This document shows positions 39,775 through 48,316 of a stretch of 64,000 nt of DNA, one piece after another. The translations under genes and the position numbers were made by a program. Within the stretch, counting starts at the first letter, position 1; the number at the start of each line of letters is the position of its first letter. The stretch is taken from contig OY781945.1 in the NCBI GenBank assembly GCA_963677435.1, forward strand, positions 2,944,001-3,008,000, written 5' to 3'. The stretch is from an uncultured Aliarcobacter sp. (GTDB lineage Bacteria > Campylobacterota > Campylobacteria > Campylobacterales > Arcobacteraceae). The notes below the pieces were generated by a model. It saw only the letters and a program-made list of their open reading frames with translations. It was not told the DNA's origin and did no database searches.

Positions 39775-40643
39775 TTTATTCCTTTTCTTTTATTAATTAA
39801 TATTATTCCAATTATTATAGTAATAATTCCTATAATTTCACTAAATTCAATTTTATCCCCCAACAAAAAATATGAAACAATAGCAGCACTAACGGGTACC
39901 AAATAAAAAACAGAAGATACTTTAGAAACTTCACCATTTCTTATCATAATATATAAAAGAGATAAAGCGCCAATACTAACTCCAACTGTCATATAAAGTA
40001 ATGCAATAGTAAAATCAACATTCAAATTTATATGAACATCTTCAAAAAACAAAAATGGCAAAACCAAAATTGTGGAACTCAAAGTTTGTATTGCACCACC
40101 TGAGTAAAGATTCATATGAGAGCAATACTTCTTTTGATATAAACTTCCAATACTAAGACCTAATAATGAAATAAAAGACCAAAATAGACCAAGAGATGAA
40201 AAGGAAGTTCCAAGTTTAGAAAAAACTACAAAACCAACACCTACAAAGCCTATTATTAGTCCTAACCAAACTCTTAGATTTATATCTTCATTTAGCAACT
40301 TCATCGCTAAAACCGTTACAAGTATTGGCTGTAATGATATTATCAAAGCATTTGTTGCTCCTGATATTCCATAACTAACTGATAAAAACCCTCCTATTGA
40401 AAATATTCCTACAGTAAAAATTCCAGCAATTACAATATGAAAAAATTCATTCTTACTTTTAGGCATTGGTATTTTAAATATAAGAGTAATCAAAAGTAAG
40501 ATACAAAAAGCAATAAAAAACCGTACTTCTAAAAAAGCCATTGGAGATGCATTTTGTAAACCATATTCACAAAAAATAAATCCACTTCCATATAAAAACA
40601 TGAAAAAAAATGGCAAAATAGATTTTTGTATATAAAATTTCAC
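39771..40643 (-). CDS. DMT/EamA family transporter
   Basis: About 10 TM segments; LQPIL, YQKKYC, GEVSKVSSVFYLVP. Confidence 0.88.
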   Translation of the reverse strand: MKFYIQKSILPFFFMFLYGSGFIFCEYGLQNASPMAFLEVRFFIAFCILLLITLIFKIPMPKSKNEFFHIVIAGIFTVGIFSIGGFLSVSYGISGATNALIISLQPILVTVLAMKLLNEDINLRVWLGLIIGFVGVGFVVFSKLGTSFSSLGLFWSFISLLGLSIGSLYQKKYCSHMNLYSGGAIQTLSSTILVLPFLFFEDVHINLNVDFTIALLYMTVGVSIGALSLLYIMIRNGEVSKVSSVFYLVPVSAAIVSYFLLGDKIEFSEIIGIITIIIGIILINKRKGIK

Positions 40644-40645
40644 AC

Positions 40646-41539
40646 TTAACCTTTATTTACTATAGCTTGAACTTGTTCTTTTTTATTTATCAAATTCATT
40701 GCAATAAGAACAATAATAATTCCAATAAATACATTCAACTCCAGACTTTTATTCAATACAAAATAAGCCACAAGAGCAGAAGCTACTGGCAATAAATAAA
40801 ACAATGAAGATACTTTTGATACTTCACCATGTCTAATCATATAGTACAATAAAGACATAACTCCAATACTAGCAATAACAGACATATAACTTAAAGCAAT
40901 TATAAATTCGCCACTAAAATCAACTCTTATATCTTCAAAATACAATAATGGTAAAACAATAATTGCAGAAGCAAATGTTTGGATTACTCCACCTGTAATC
41001 AAATTCATATTTGAACAATATTTTTTTTGATACAAATTCCCAAAACTCATACTAAACAATCCCAATATTGCAAATAAAAAGCCTATTAACTCATTTTTAT
41101 TAATTTCTCCATCAAGCCCTAAAACAAACCCTACTCCAATAAGTCCAAGTATTAATCCAAACCATGCTCTTTTGCTTACTTCTTCACCTAAAAACTTCAT
41201 TGCAAAAAATGAAACTACAATAGGCTGTAAAGAGATAATCAAAGAACAAAGAGCGGGTGACAATCCATAATCTATTGAATTAAAACAACCAATAGAAAAA
41301 AGTCCCACAGATAAAATCCCAGCAACACTTATATGAAATATTTCATTTAAACTTTTTGGAAACTTTGCTTTAAATATAAATGCAACTAAGAGCAAAACTA
41401 CAAATGCAAGCAGATATCGTAATTCTAAAAAAGCCATACTGCTAGCATAAGATAAACCCATTTTTATAAATACAAAACCAGCACCTGAAAGTAGAATAAA
41501 GGCAAATGGTACAATATATGATTTCAGTTTTAACAACAT
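40646..41539 (-). CDS. DMT/EamA family transporter (paralog of the adjacent gene)
   Basis: Same motifs (LQPIV, YQKKYC, GEVSKVSSLFYLLP); ATG 41539 with RBS AAGGAG. Confidence 0.88.
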   Translation of the reverse strand: MLLKLKSYIVPFAFILLSGAGFVFIKMGLSYASSMAFLELRYLLAFVVLLLVAFIFKAKFPKSLNEIFHISVAGILSVGLFSIGCFNSIDYGLSPALCSLIISLQPIVVSFFAMKFLGEEVSKRAWFGLILGLIGVGFVLGLDGEINKNELIGFLFAILGLFSMSFGNLYQKKYCSNMNLITGGVIQTFASAIIVLPLLYFEDIRVDFSGEFIIALSYMSVIASIGVMSLLYYMIRHGEVSKVSSLFYLLPVASALVAYFVLNKSLELNVFIGIIIVLIAMNLINKKEQVQAIVNKG

Positions 41540-41547
41540 TTTTCTCC

Positions 41548-41604
41548 TTGACTGTTTAGTCAATTAGAAGTATAGCAAAGTCTTGACTAATTAGTCAAGA
41601 CTTT
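41548..41604 (-). promoter_or_regulatory. DMT operon promoter with two TTGACT-N4-AGTCAA operators
   Basis: TTGACTgtttAGTCAA (41548-41563) and the perfect 28-bp palindrome AAAGTCTTGACTAATTAGTCAAGACTTT (41577-41604); minus-strand TTGACT-N18-TATACT with TG extension. Confidence 0.75.
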
Positions 41605-41610
41605 TTGTAA

Positions 41611-42180
41611 TTATTTTTTAAGTGAGTTTAAAAACAGATCAAGTTGAGAAAGACAATCATAGAAAACTTGACCATCTTGAGATTTTTTTGCAGTTCCTAA
41701 GCATCCTTCAATTGAGGCAACGATGTACATAGATAAAGCTCTTGTATCATTATGATTAATCTCTTTATTTTTTACAGCTTTATCCAAAGCTTCTTTTATA
41801 ATAGATTCAAATCTTAAATAGACTTTTTCTAATGCTTCTTTAAAATCTTTATCTTTAGGTGAGAGTTCTTGAACCAGATTATTAAGCTTGCAACCCAATC
41901 TAAAATCAAAACCACCCCTTTGTTTTAGTAAAGACATAATCTCATCTATTATGTTCTCATCATAATTCAAAAGAGTAGAATACTTAGTCTCAGTATAAAG
42001 GTTTATTCGTTCATTTATAACTGCAAGAGTTAACTCTTTTTTTGATTTAAAGAAGTGATACATACTTCCTTTATTCATATTTGCTTGTTTTAAAATTTTA
42101 TCAACCGAAGTTGCAGCATATCCATTGTGATAAATTTCATCAAAGGCTACATCTAATAATTTATCTCTTGAACTAATCAT
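41611..42180 (-). CDS. TetR/AcrR family regulator (NemR/LmrA-like)
   Basis: GYAATSVDKILKQANMNKGSMYHFFKSKKEL HTH; GCKLNNLVQELS C-terminal motif. Confidence 0.92.
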   Translation of the reverse strand: MISSRDKLLDVAFDEIYHNGYAATSVDKILKQANMNKGSMYHFFKSKKELTLAVINERINLYTETKYSTLLNYDENIIDEIMSLLKQRGGFDFRLGCKLNNLVQELSPKDKDFKEALEKVYLRFESIIKEALDKAVKNKEINHNDTRALSMYIVASIEGCLGTAKKSQDGQVFYDCLSQLDLFLNSLKK

Positions 42181-42195
42181 ATTTTTCTTTCTTTT

Positions 42196-43668
42196 TTATT
42201 TTAAAATTACTTCCACTTCATCTAAACCTTTTAAAGCTGAGAATTTATTTAATAGTGTTGCTAGTTGAACTACATCACTATTTTTCATTCTAATACAGCC
42301 AGCAGATTCATTTGTTCCTAGTGTTTTTTCATTTAGTGTTCCATGAATTCTATAAGTACTTTTTCCATTTACTTCATGGGTAAGATTTATTTTTGCAGCA
42401 CCCATATAGTTGTATTTATCACCAGGAGGTACAACATTTGGAAGATTTATTCCTCTTTTTTTGAAGCTTTTTATAGTATCAGTTGTTGGATACCATACTG
42501 GATTTAATGATATTCTAGAAATTCTTCCAACACCAAAAGGTTTTTGTATATTGTCTTTTCCTGTTGATACAATATAAGTTTTTAGCTCTTGAAATTCATC
42601 ATCAATTTTTGCTTTTAATGTCATTCTATTTTTTACAGAATCAACTTCAATTAGTATTTCTTCATATTCTGATACATTCTTCAAAGGATCAAAATTAGCA
42701 CTTTTTTTTATCACTTTTACAAGTGCAGGTTTTTTCTCACTTTGAAACATAATTCTTCGAGGGCCATCATTCTCAAGGCTTTTTATTAATTTATTCATTT
42801 TTGGAACAGGTGGTAATTTTGGAGCTTTTGCCTCTTCTGCTTTATCAAACTCATCCATACTTATTTGTTTTAGCTCTTCTTCGTATTCTTTTTGATTATT
42901 TACAATTGTTTTTTTCGGTATTTCAACTGGCTTTGAAATCTCTTTTTCTACAACTTTTTTTGCTTCTACAATTTTTGGTTCAACAACTTTTTCTTCTATA
43001 GATTTTGCTTCTTCAACTCTTTTTATTTGCTGTATTTTTTGTTCTTCTACTTTTGTTTCTACTACTTTTTTTTGTTCATGAATTTCTGATTCAACTTCTT
43101 TTTGTTCTATTACTTCTACTTTAAATTTTGCAGGAACAATTGTTTTTTTCTCTTTTTTATAAGAGCCTTTTGAAAGATTTTGTCCCTCTTCAAAAGGATA
43201 TGAACTTACTAATTGTAACTGCTCAGGACTTGGAGCATTTGAAACAAATTCTAATGATTCATCGTACTTTTCAGTTTTTTCTTTGATAGGTTCATTTTGT
43301 ATAATCGTTTCTTTCATAGGTGTTGATAAATCAATAAATTCTTCACTTTTATTTTTTAGTGTTAAAATATTATTTGGTAATTTTTTAATAAATGGATTTT
43401 GTTTTTTTACATATTTTGAAGAAAATTTCATTGCATATTTTGCACTATTCTCATCACCATAAATTCCCAAATATGTTAGATATTTATTACTGTTATCTTT
43501 AATTATAAATACATCTGTAAGAGATTCATCAATTAGTTTTTGTTTGCATTGTATTGCATTTTCAAGACTTGATGTTATACAAACAGAAATACTATATTTT
43601 TCATTTGCAGCATAAATAGATGAGTTACTAATAAGTAGTAAAAATAAAGGCCAAACTTTTTTTATCAT
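42196..43668 (-). CDS. L,D-transpeptidase (YkuD domain) with signal peptide, N-terminal SPOR-like region and long E/K-rich linker
   Basis: VSTG, NPVWYP, PPGDKYNYMG, IHGT...SAGCIRM catalytic His/Cys. Confidence 0.85.
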   Translation of the reverse strand: MIKKVWPLFLLLISNSSIYAANEKYSISVCITSSLENAIQCKQKLIDESLTDVFIIKDNSNKYLTYLGIYGDENSAKYAMKFSSKYVKKQNPFIKKLPNNILTLKNKSEEFIDLSTPMKETIIQNEPIKEKTEKYDESLEFVSNAPSPEQLQLVSSYPFEEGQNLSKGSYKKEKKTIVPAKFKVEVIEQKEVESEIHEQKKVVETKVEEQKIQQIKRVEEAKSIEEKVVEPKIVEAKKVVEKEISKPVEIPKKTIVNNQKEYEEELKQISMDEFDKAEEAKAPKLPPVPKMNKLIKSLENDGPRRIMFQSEKKPALVKVIKKSANFDPLKNVSEYEEILIEVDSVKNRMTLKAKIDDEFQELKTYIVSTGKDNIQKPFGVGRISRISLNPVWYPTTDTIKSFKKRGINLPNVVPPGDKYNYMGAAKINLTHEVNGKSTYRIHGTLNEKTLGTNESAGCIRMKNSDVVQLATLLNKFSALKGLDEVEVILK

Positions 43669-43835
43669 TTTTTATATGATTCCTATTCTTGTCATTTTAG
43701 TATTTTACCTTTTAATTCTTATAAAGTTGCAAAATAATTATAATGTTTAATAGAATAACAAAAATTTTATACTAAAAAATAATAAATATGCTAAACTTGC
43801 AAATTAATTTATATATGTTTTCATAAGGAATATTT

Positions 43836-45056
43836 ATGTTATCAAACGACAGTTTTATTGATTTAGGCACAAAATTTCAAACTACTTGCAAACCAATGTC
43901 AAGAATATTTATTTTACTTACAATTCCTACAGCATTATTTGCATTAATAATTTTATGTTATCTTGGTAAATTGCCATTAAAAGTCGAAATTCACAGTGTT
44001 ATTTTAATAGGATTTATCTATTTTATTTACCTATTTTTTACAAGACACAATGCTTATTATGCTTCATGCAAATTCAAAACTCAACAAGAGGGAATGTTTT
44101 TTTCTCTAAAAGATTATGTTGATAATAACTTATTAACAATTGATAATATCACAAAAGCAAATGGAAGTGTTGATGACTTTTTAAAAGATTATACAAGTAA
44201 TCTAAGAAATAACAATTTTTCTTCAATTGCTTCAAGTATTTTCCCAACTCTTGGTATTTTAGGAACTTTTATATCAATTGCGCTTAGTATGCCAGATTTT
44301 TCATCAGGAACTACAGATGCCCTTGAAAAAGAGATTTCACTTCTTTTAGGTGGAGTTGGAACTGCATTTTATGTTTCAATTTTTGGTATATTTTTATCGA
44401 TTTGGTGGACTTTTTTTGAAAAAATTGGAATGAGTAGATTTGAACATGATACTTATTTAATCAAAGAAGATACAAAAACATTTTTCTGGACAAAAATTGA
44501 TATTGAATCAATTCACATAAAAAGTAATCTTGATAACTTCTCTAAAATGTCAGAAGTATTTGAAAAATTAACTTCAAGTGATATGATGGATAATATAAAT
44601 CTTTTAATAGAAAAAAGAGTTGGCTTACTTGATGATATTTTGAAAAAAGAGCTTTTACTTTCTACTAAAATTGATGATAATATCGATAATAATGAAAAAT
44701 TATCTCTGATGTTAAGGGATATGACTTTAAATATGAGTACAACAATAAAAAGCTTTGAACATCAAAAAGATTCTTATGTATTAAGTGCTCAATTACTAAA
44801 TAATAGTATTGAAAAATTAAATAATCATTTAGACAACTTAAGCTCAGATAATTTAAAAGCAATTTATACAAATATTATCAAAAGTATTGAAACTATGAAA
44901 AGTGATATGGAGAAGATTGAGTGGAAATTCAAACAAGGTCTTGATGAATATGATGCGAAGTTTACAGATAAATTACAAAATTCATTAGAATCAATAGATG
45001 AACAAACAGTAAAAATTATTGAAGATTTAACACAATTTAAAGAACTATCAAAGTAG
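43836..45056 (+). CDS. MotA/TolQ/ExbB-family proton channel with long C-terminal helical tail (ZorA-like architecture)
   Basis: FPTLGILGTFISI and LLGGVGTAFYVSIFGIFLSI channel helices; ~210-aa helical tail. Confidence 0.75.
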   Translation: MLSNDSFIDLGTKFQTTCKPMSRIFILLTIPTALFALIILCYLGKLPLKVEIHSVILIGFIYFIYLFFTRHNAYYASCKFKTQQEGMFFSLKDYVDNNLLTIDNITKANGSVDDFLKDYTSNLRNNNFSSIASSIFPTLGILGTFISIALSMPDFSSGTTDALEKEISLLLGGVGTAFYVSIFGIFLSIWWTFFEKIGMSRFEHDTYLIKEDTKTFFWTKIDIESIHIKSNLDNFSKMSEVFEKLTSSDMMDNINLLIEKRVGLLDDILKKELLLSTKIDDNIDNNEKLSLMLRDMTLNMSTTIKSFEHQKDSYVLSAQLLNNSIEKLNNHLDNLSSDNLKAIYTNIIKSIETMKSDMEKIEWKFKQGLDEYDAKFTDKLQNSLESIDEQTVKIIEDLTQFKELSK

Positions 45057-45062
45057 CCATAA

Positions 45063-46097
45063 ATGTATAAAAACGAACAAAAAAACGAAGATAACTTTTG
45101 GATTTCATATGCAGATTTAATGGCTGGATTACTTTTCGTATTTATTTTAGTAATTGGGGCAATTGTAATTAGATACCTTTACACCCAAAAAACTTTAGAA
45201 AATGAGAAGTTTGCCCTAAGTCAAAGCCAAGAAGCCTTAATAAATAAAAATGAAGTATTAAGTAAATTAAATGATTTACTTAAAAAACTTGAAGAAGAAA
45301 AAACTGAACTTTCTAATCAATTGTCAAAATCAAATGAAACAATACAATTAAATAATGTAGAGCTTCAAAAACTAAAAGATTTATTATTAGGTTATGAATT
45401 AAAAGATAAAGAACAAGCAGATGCTAACTCAAAATTAGCAGAAGATCTTGCAAATAGTCAAAATCAAATAACTCTAAAAGATAATGAATTAACTGTTTTA
45501 GTAAATAAACTATTAGAGCAAGAAAAAGCTCACCAAAAAACTGTTGAAGAGTTTGATATTACAAAAGCTAAAATCAAAAGCTTAACGGGAATAAAACTAA
45601 ATGTTATTACAAAATTAAAAGAGAGATTAGGAAAATCTATAAATATAGATGAGAAAAGTGGAGCTATAAAATTCTCTTCAAATATTTTATTTGACCAAGG
45701 TGCATATAAATTAAAAGAAGATTCAAAAAAAGAGTTAGATGGAATCTTAAAAAAATATATCTCTACACTTCTTGAAGATAAAGAGATTAGAAAATATATC
45801 TACGGAATTACGATTGAAGGGCATACAAATAGTGATGGTTCATATTTAAGTAACTTACAACTTTCTCAACAAAGAGCTTTAGAAGTTATGCAGTTTTTAT
45901 ATGAAACAAGTGGAATTGACAAAAACTTATTAAATAAATATGTAAGTTCAAGTGGAAAATCATCTTCTGAATTAATTTATAATAAAGATGGTTCTGAAGA
46001 TAAAGATAATTCAAGAAGAATAGAAATTAAATTTATCATCAAAAATGATGAAGCAGTAAAAGAACTTCAAAACTATCTAGGAACAAAAAATGAGTGA
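45063..46097 (+). CDS. MotB/OmpA-family protein (ZorB-like architecture)
   Basis: FWISYADLMAGLL TM with conserved Asp; coiled coil; OmpA motifs ILFD, IEGHTNSDG, NLQLSQQRA, SRRIEIKF. Confidence 0.85.
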   Translation: MYKNEQKNEDNFWISYADLMAGLLFVFILVIGAIVIRYLYTQKTLENEKFALSQSQEALINKNEVLSKLNDLLKKLEEEKTELSNQLSKSNETIQLNNVELQKLKDLLLGYELKDKEQADANSKLAEDLANSQNQITLKDNELTVLVNKLLEQEKAHQKTVEEFDITKAKIKSLTGIKLNVITKLKERLGKSINIDEKSGAIKFSSNILFDQGAYKLKEDSKKELDGILKKYISTLLEDKEIRKYIYGITIEGHTNSDGSYLSNLQLSQQRALEVMQFLYETSGIDKNLLNKYVSSSGKSSSELIYNKDGSEDKDNSRRIEIKFIIKNDEAVKELQNYLGTKNE

Positions 46098-46215
46098 AAA
46101 ACTCTATGAACCTAAAAAACTAGAAGCTCTAAGAGCTGATGTAAGTGAAAAACTAAAGAAGAAAAGTAAATTTTCTTTCTTTAGAAAAATCAAAAGATTT
46201 TTCTTCGGAAAATAA
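46090..46215 (+). CDS. Small protein, 41 aa (MSEKLYEPKKLEALRADVSEKLKKKSKFSFFRKIKRFFFGK)
   Basis: ATG overlaps the MotB-like stop by 8 nt, AGGA upstream; fills the gap to the convergent gene; amphipathic basic/aromatic C-terminus. Confidence 0.6.
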   Translation: MSEKLYEPKKLEALRADVSEKLKKKSKFSFFRKIKRFFFGK

Positions 46216-46224
46216 AATTTTCTT

Positions 46225-47202
46225 CTAATTTCTTCTCTGACCTGGTTTTGGAGGAGTTACTTCTTTTTGTAAATCAATACTTAGATTATTATAAAAAAGT
46301 TCCCCGTAATTTGTCTCTCTATTTATTACTTCATATGCTTGTTTTATATCATTATTATATTTTAGTGCATCTTGTAAAATTTTTATGATTTTTACTGATT
46401 CCAAAAAATTCACATGTGATGGTGCTTCAAGTGGTGAAGAGTAATATTTGTGCATTCGCTCAACTAGTGATTTATTTCTAATTTCAATAAATACAGACTC
46501 TATTGGTGATTTAAAAAACAGCACCTTTTGTTTTACATTTATTGAAATATATGTTGTTTCCATTCCATAAATTTTTCTTGAATATGAATCAAATAAAAAA
46601 AGTTTTTTATTATAGTTATTGTTAAAAAGTTCATAGATTAACTCTAAGATTTTTATCTTCTCTTCTTTTGTATAAAAGTTTCCAATAATTGCAAAACAAA
46701 AAGATAATATTGATTTAATTGAATACCATTCTGTTGTATCATAATCATATCTTAACATCTGATCAATTCTTGCTTGTTTTAATTCTTCTATATCAGAACT
46801 AGTAGTTGTTTTGTACACTTTTCGTACAGCAGAGTCTCTATACATGGGTCCTGGAAACTGTGCTTGAATAACAAATCTTCTATTTTGTTCTTGTTCCATT
46901 ATATATTTTAATCGCCCATGATAGTCTTCATCAATAATTCTTACTTCTTTTTGAGGTATTTGAGTTATTGATTTTAAAAACTCTTCACCATAACAACCAT
47001 CTTCCCAAATATAATCAGGATACCTAAATGTTTGACAAATTTTGTCTCGTATCTCTTTATTGGGTTCTATATCTGTAACCTTATCAATCCACGATGTAAC
47101 CGTTCTTCTATCTTTATTTAATAATACTGCAAATTTAGAAATACTCAAGTTTGATCTTTTGAAAATTTCTATAAATTTTTCTATTGAATTTTTGTAATTC
47201 AT
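46225..47202 (-). CDS. Uncharacterised HTH (XRE-like) protein, candidate regulator of the prp operon
   Basis: N-terminal LSISKFAVLLNKDRRTVTSWI HTH pattern; divergent from prpB; RBS AAGGTG. Confidence 0.7.
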   Translation of the reverse strand: MNYKNSIEKFIEIFKRSNLSISKFAVLLNKDRRTVTSWIDKVTDIEPNKEIRDKICQTFRYPDYIWEDGCYGEEFLKSITQIPQKEVRIIDEDYHGRLKYIMEQEQNRRFVIQAQFPGPMYRDSAVRKVYKTTTSSDIEELKQARIDQMLRYDYDTTEWYSIKSILSFCFAIIGNFYTKEEKIKILELIYELFNNNYNKKLFLFDSYSRKIYGMETTYISINVKQKVLFFKSPIESVFIEIRNKSLVERMHKYYSSPLEAPSHVNFLESVKIIKILQDALKYNNDIKQAYEVINRETNYGELFYNNLSIDLQKEVTPPKPGQRRN

Positions 47203-47231
47203 AATTACACCTTAAAGTAATATTTTTAATA

Positions 47232-47309
47232 TTGTACCATTTTTTACAAAATAAGCAAGTATTGTACATTTAATAAAATAATTTAAAAAAGTTGTGGTTT
47301 CTATTACAA
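47232..47309. promoter_or_regulatory. Three TTGT-N10-ACAA-type motifs at 30-bp period in the regulator/prpB intergenic region
   Basis: 47232 TTGTaccattttttACAA, 47262 TTGTacatttaataAaAt, 47292 TTGTggtttctattACAA; prpB -10 TATAAT at 47342-47347. Confidence 0.5.
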
Positions 47310-47377
47310 ATATCATACACCACTACTATGTTTAAATCATGTATAATAATTTCATAACTTAAATTTAAAGGATGTGT

Positions 47378-48262
47378 ATGAGCGCAGGAAAAAAATTTAG
47401 AGAAGCCTTGAAAGAAAAGTCTCCTTTACAAATCGTAGGAACTATTAATGCTTACCAAGCATTACAAGCAACAAAAGTAGGACATAAAGCAATTTACCTA
47501 TCAGGTGGAGGTATTGCAAATGCTTCTTACGGTTTACCAGACTTAGGTATGACAATGATTGAAGATGTATGTATTGATGTTAGAAGAATTACTTCTATTT
47601 GTGATACTCCATTAATTGTTGATGCTGATACTGGTTGGGGACATGCATTTAATGTAGCTAGAACTGTTAAAGAATTTATCAGATCAGGTGCTGCTGGACT
47701 TCATATTGAAGATCAAGTTGCTGCAAAAAGATGTGGACACAGACCAAATAAAGAGTTAGTATCTACTGAAGAAATGTGTGACAGAATTAGAGCTGCTGTT
47801 GATGCTAAAATGCAATTAGATCCAGATTTCTATATTATTGCTAGAACTGATGCACATGCATCTGAAGGTCAACAAGCTGCAATCGACAGAGCAAAAGCTT
47901 ATGTTGAAGCTGGAGCAGATGCAATTTTCGCAGAAGCTGTTCACACTTTAAAAGAGTACAAAGAATTTACAGATCAAATGTCTGTTCCAGTACTTGCAAA
48001 TATTACTGAATTTGGAGCAACTCCAATGTTCACTACTGAAGAATTAGCTTCTGTAGGAATTGATATGGTTCTTTACCCATTATCAGCGTTTAGAGCAATG
48101 AATAAAGCTGCACTTGCAGTTTACCAAGAGTTAAAAGACAAAGGTACTCAAGAAGGTGTTCTTGATACTATGCAAACAAGAATGGAATTATATGATATGT
48201 TAAATTACCATGCTTATGAGCAAAAAATGGATGAATTATTTTCAAAAGGTAAAGCTAAGTAA
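47378..48262 (+). CDS. prpB: 2-methylisocitrate lyase
   Basis: [43 protein letters not shown] fits ATG 47378. Confidence 0.95.
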   Translation: MSAGKKFREALKEKSPLQIVGTINAYQALQATKVGHKAIYLSGGGIANASYGLPDLGMTMIEDVCIDVRRITSICDTPLIVDADTGWGHAFNVARTVKEFIRSGAAGLHIEDQVAAKRCGHRPNKELVSTEEMCDRIRAAVDAKMQLDPDFYIIARTDAHASEGQQAAIDRAKAYVEAGADAIFAEAVHTLKEYKEFTDQMSVPVLANITEFGATPMFTTEELASVGIDMVLYPLSAFRAMNKAALAVYQELKDKGTQEGVLDTMQTRMELYDMLNYHAYEQKMDELFSKGKAK

Positions 48263-48316
48263 TTAGCTTTATCTCACCAATATTAAACAAAATTATACTT
48301 AAACTAAGGGGAAAAT

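Noticed and set aside
43836..46097. Calling the pair a complete Zorya system or the flagellar stator
   Set aside because: No zorC/D/E or flagellar genes are adjacent, and the long A-subunit tail and B-subunit coiled coil do not fit the canonical stator.
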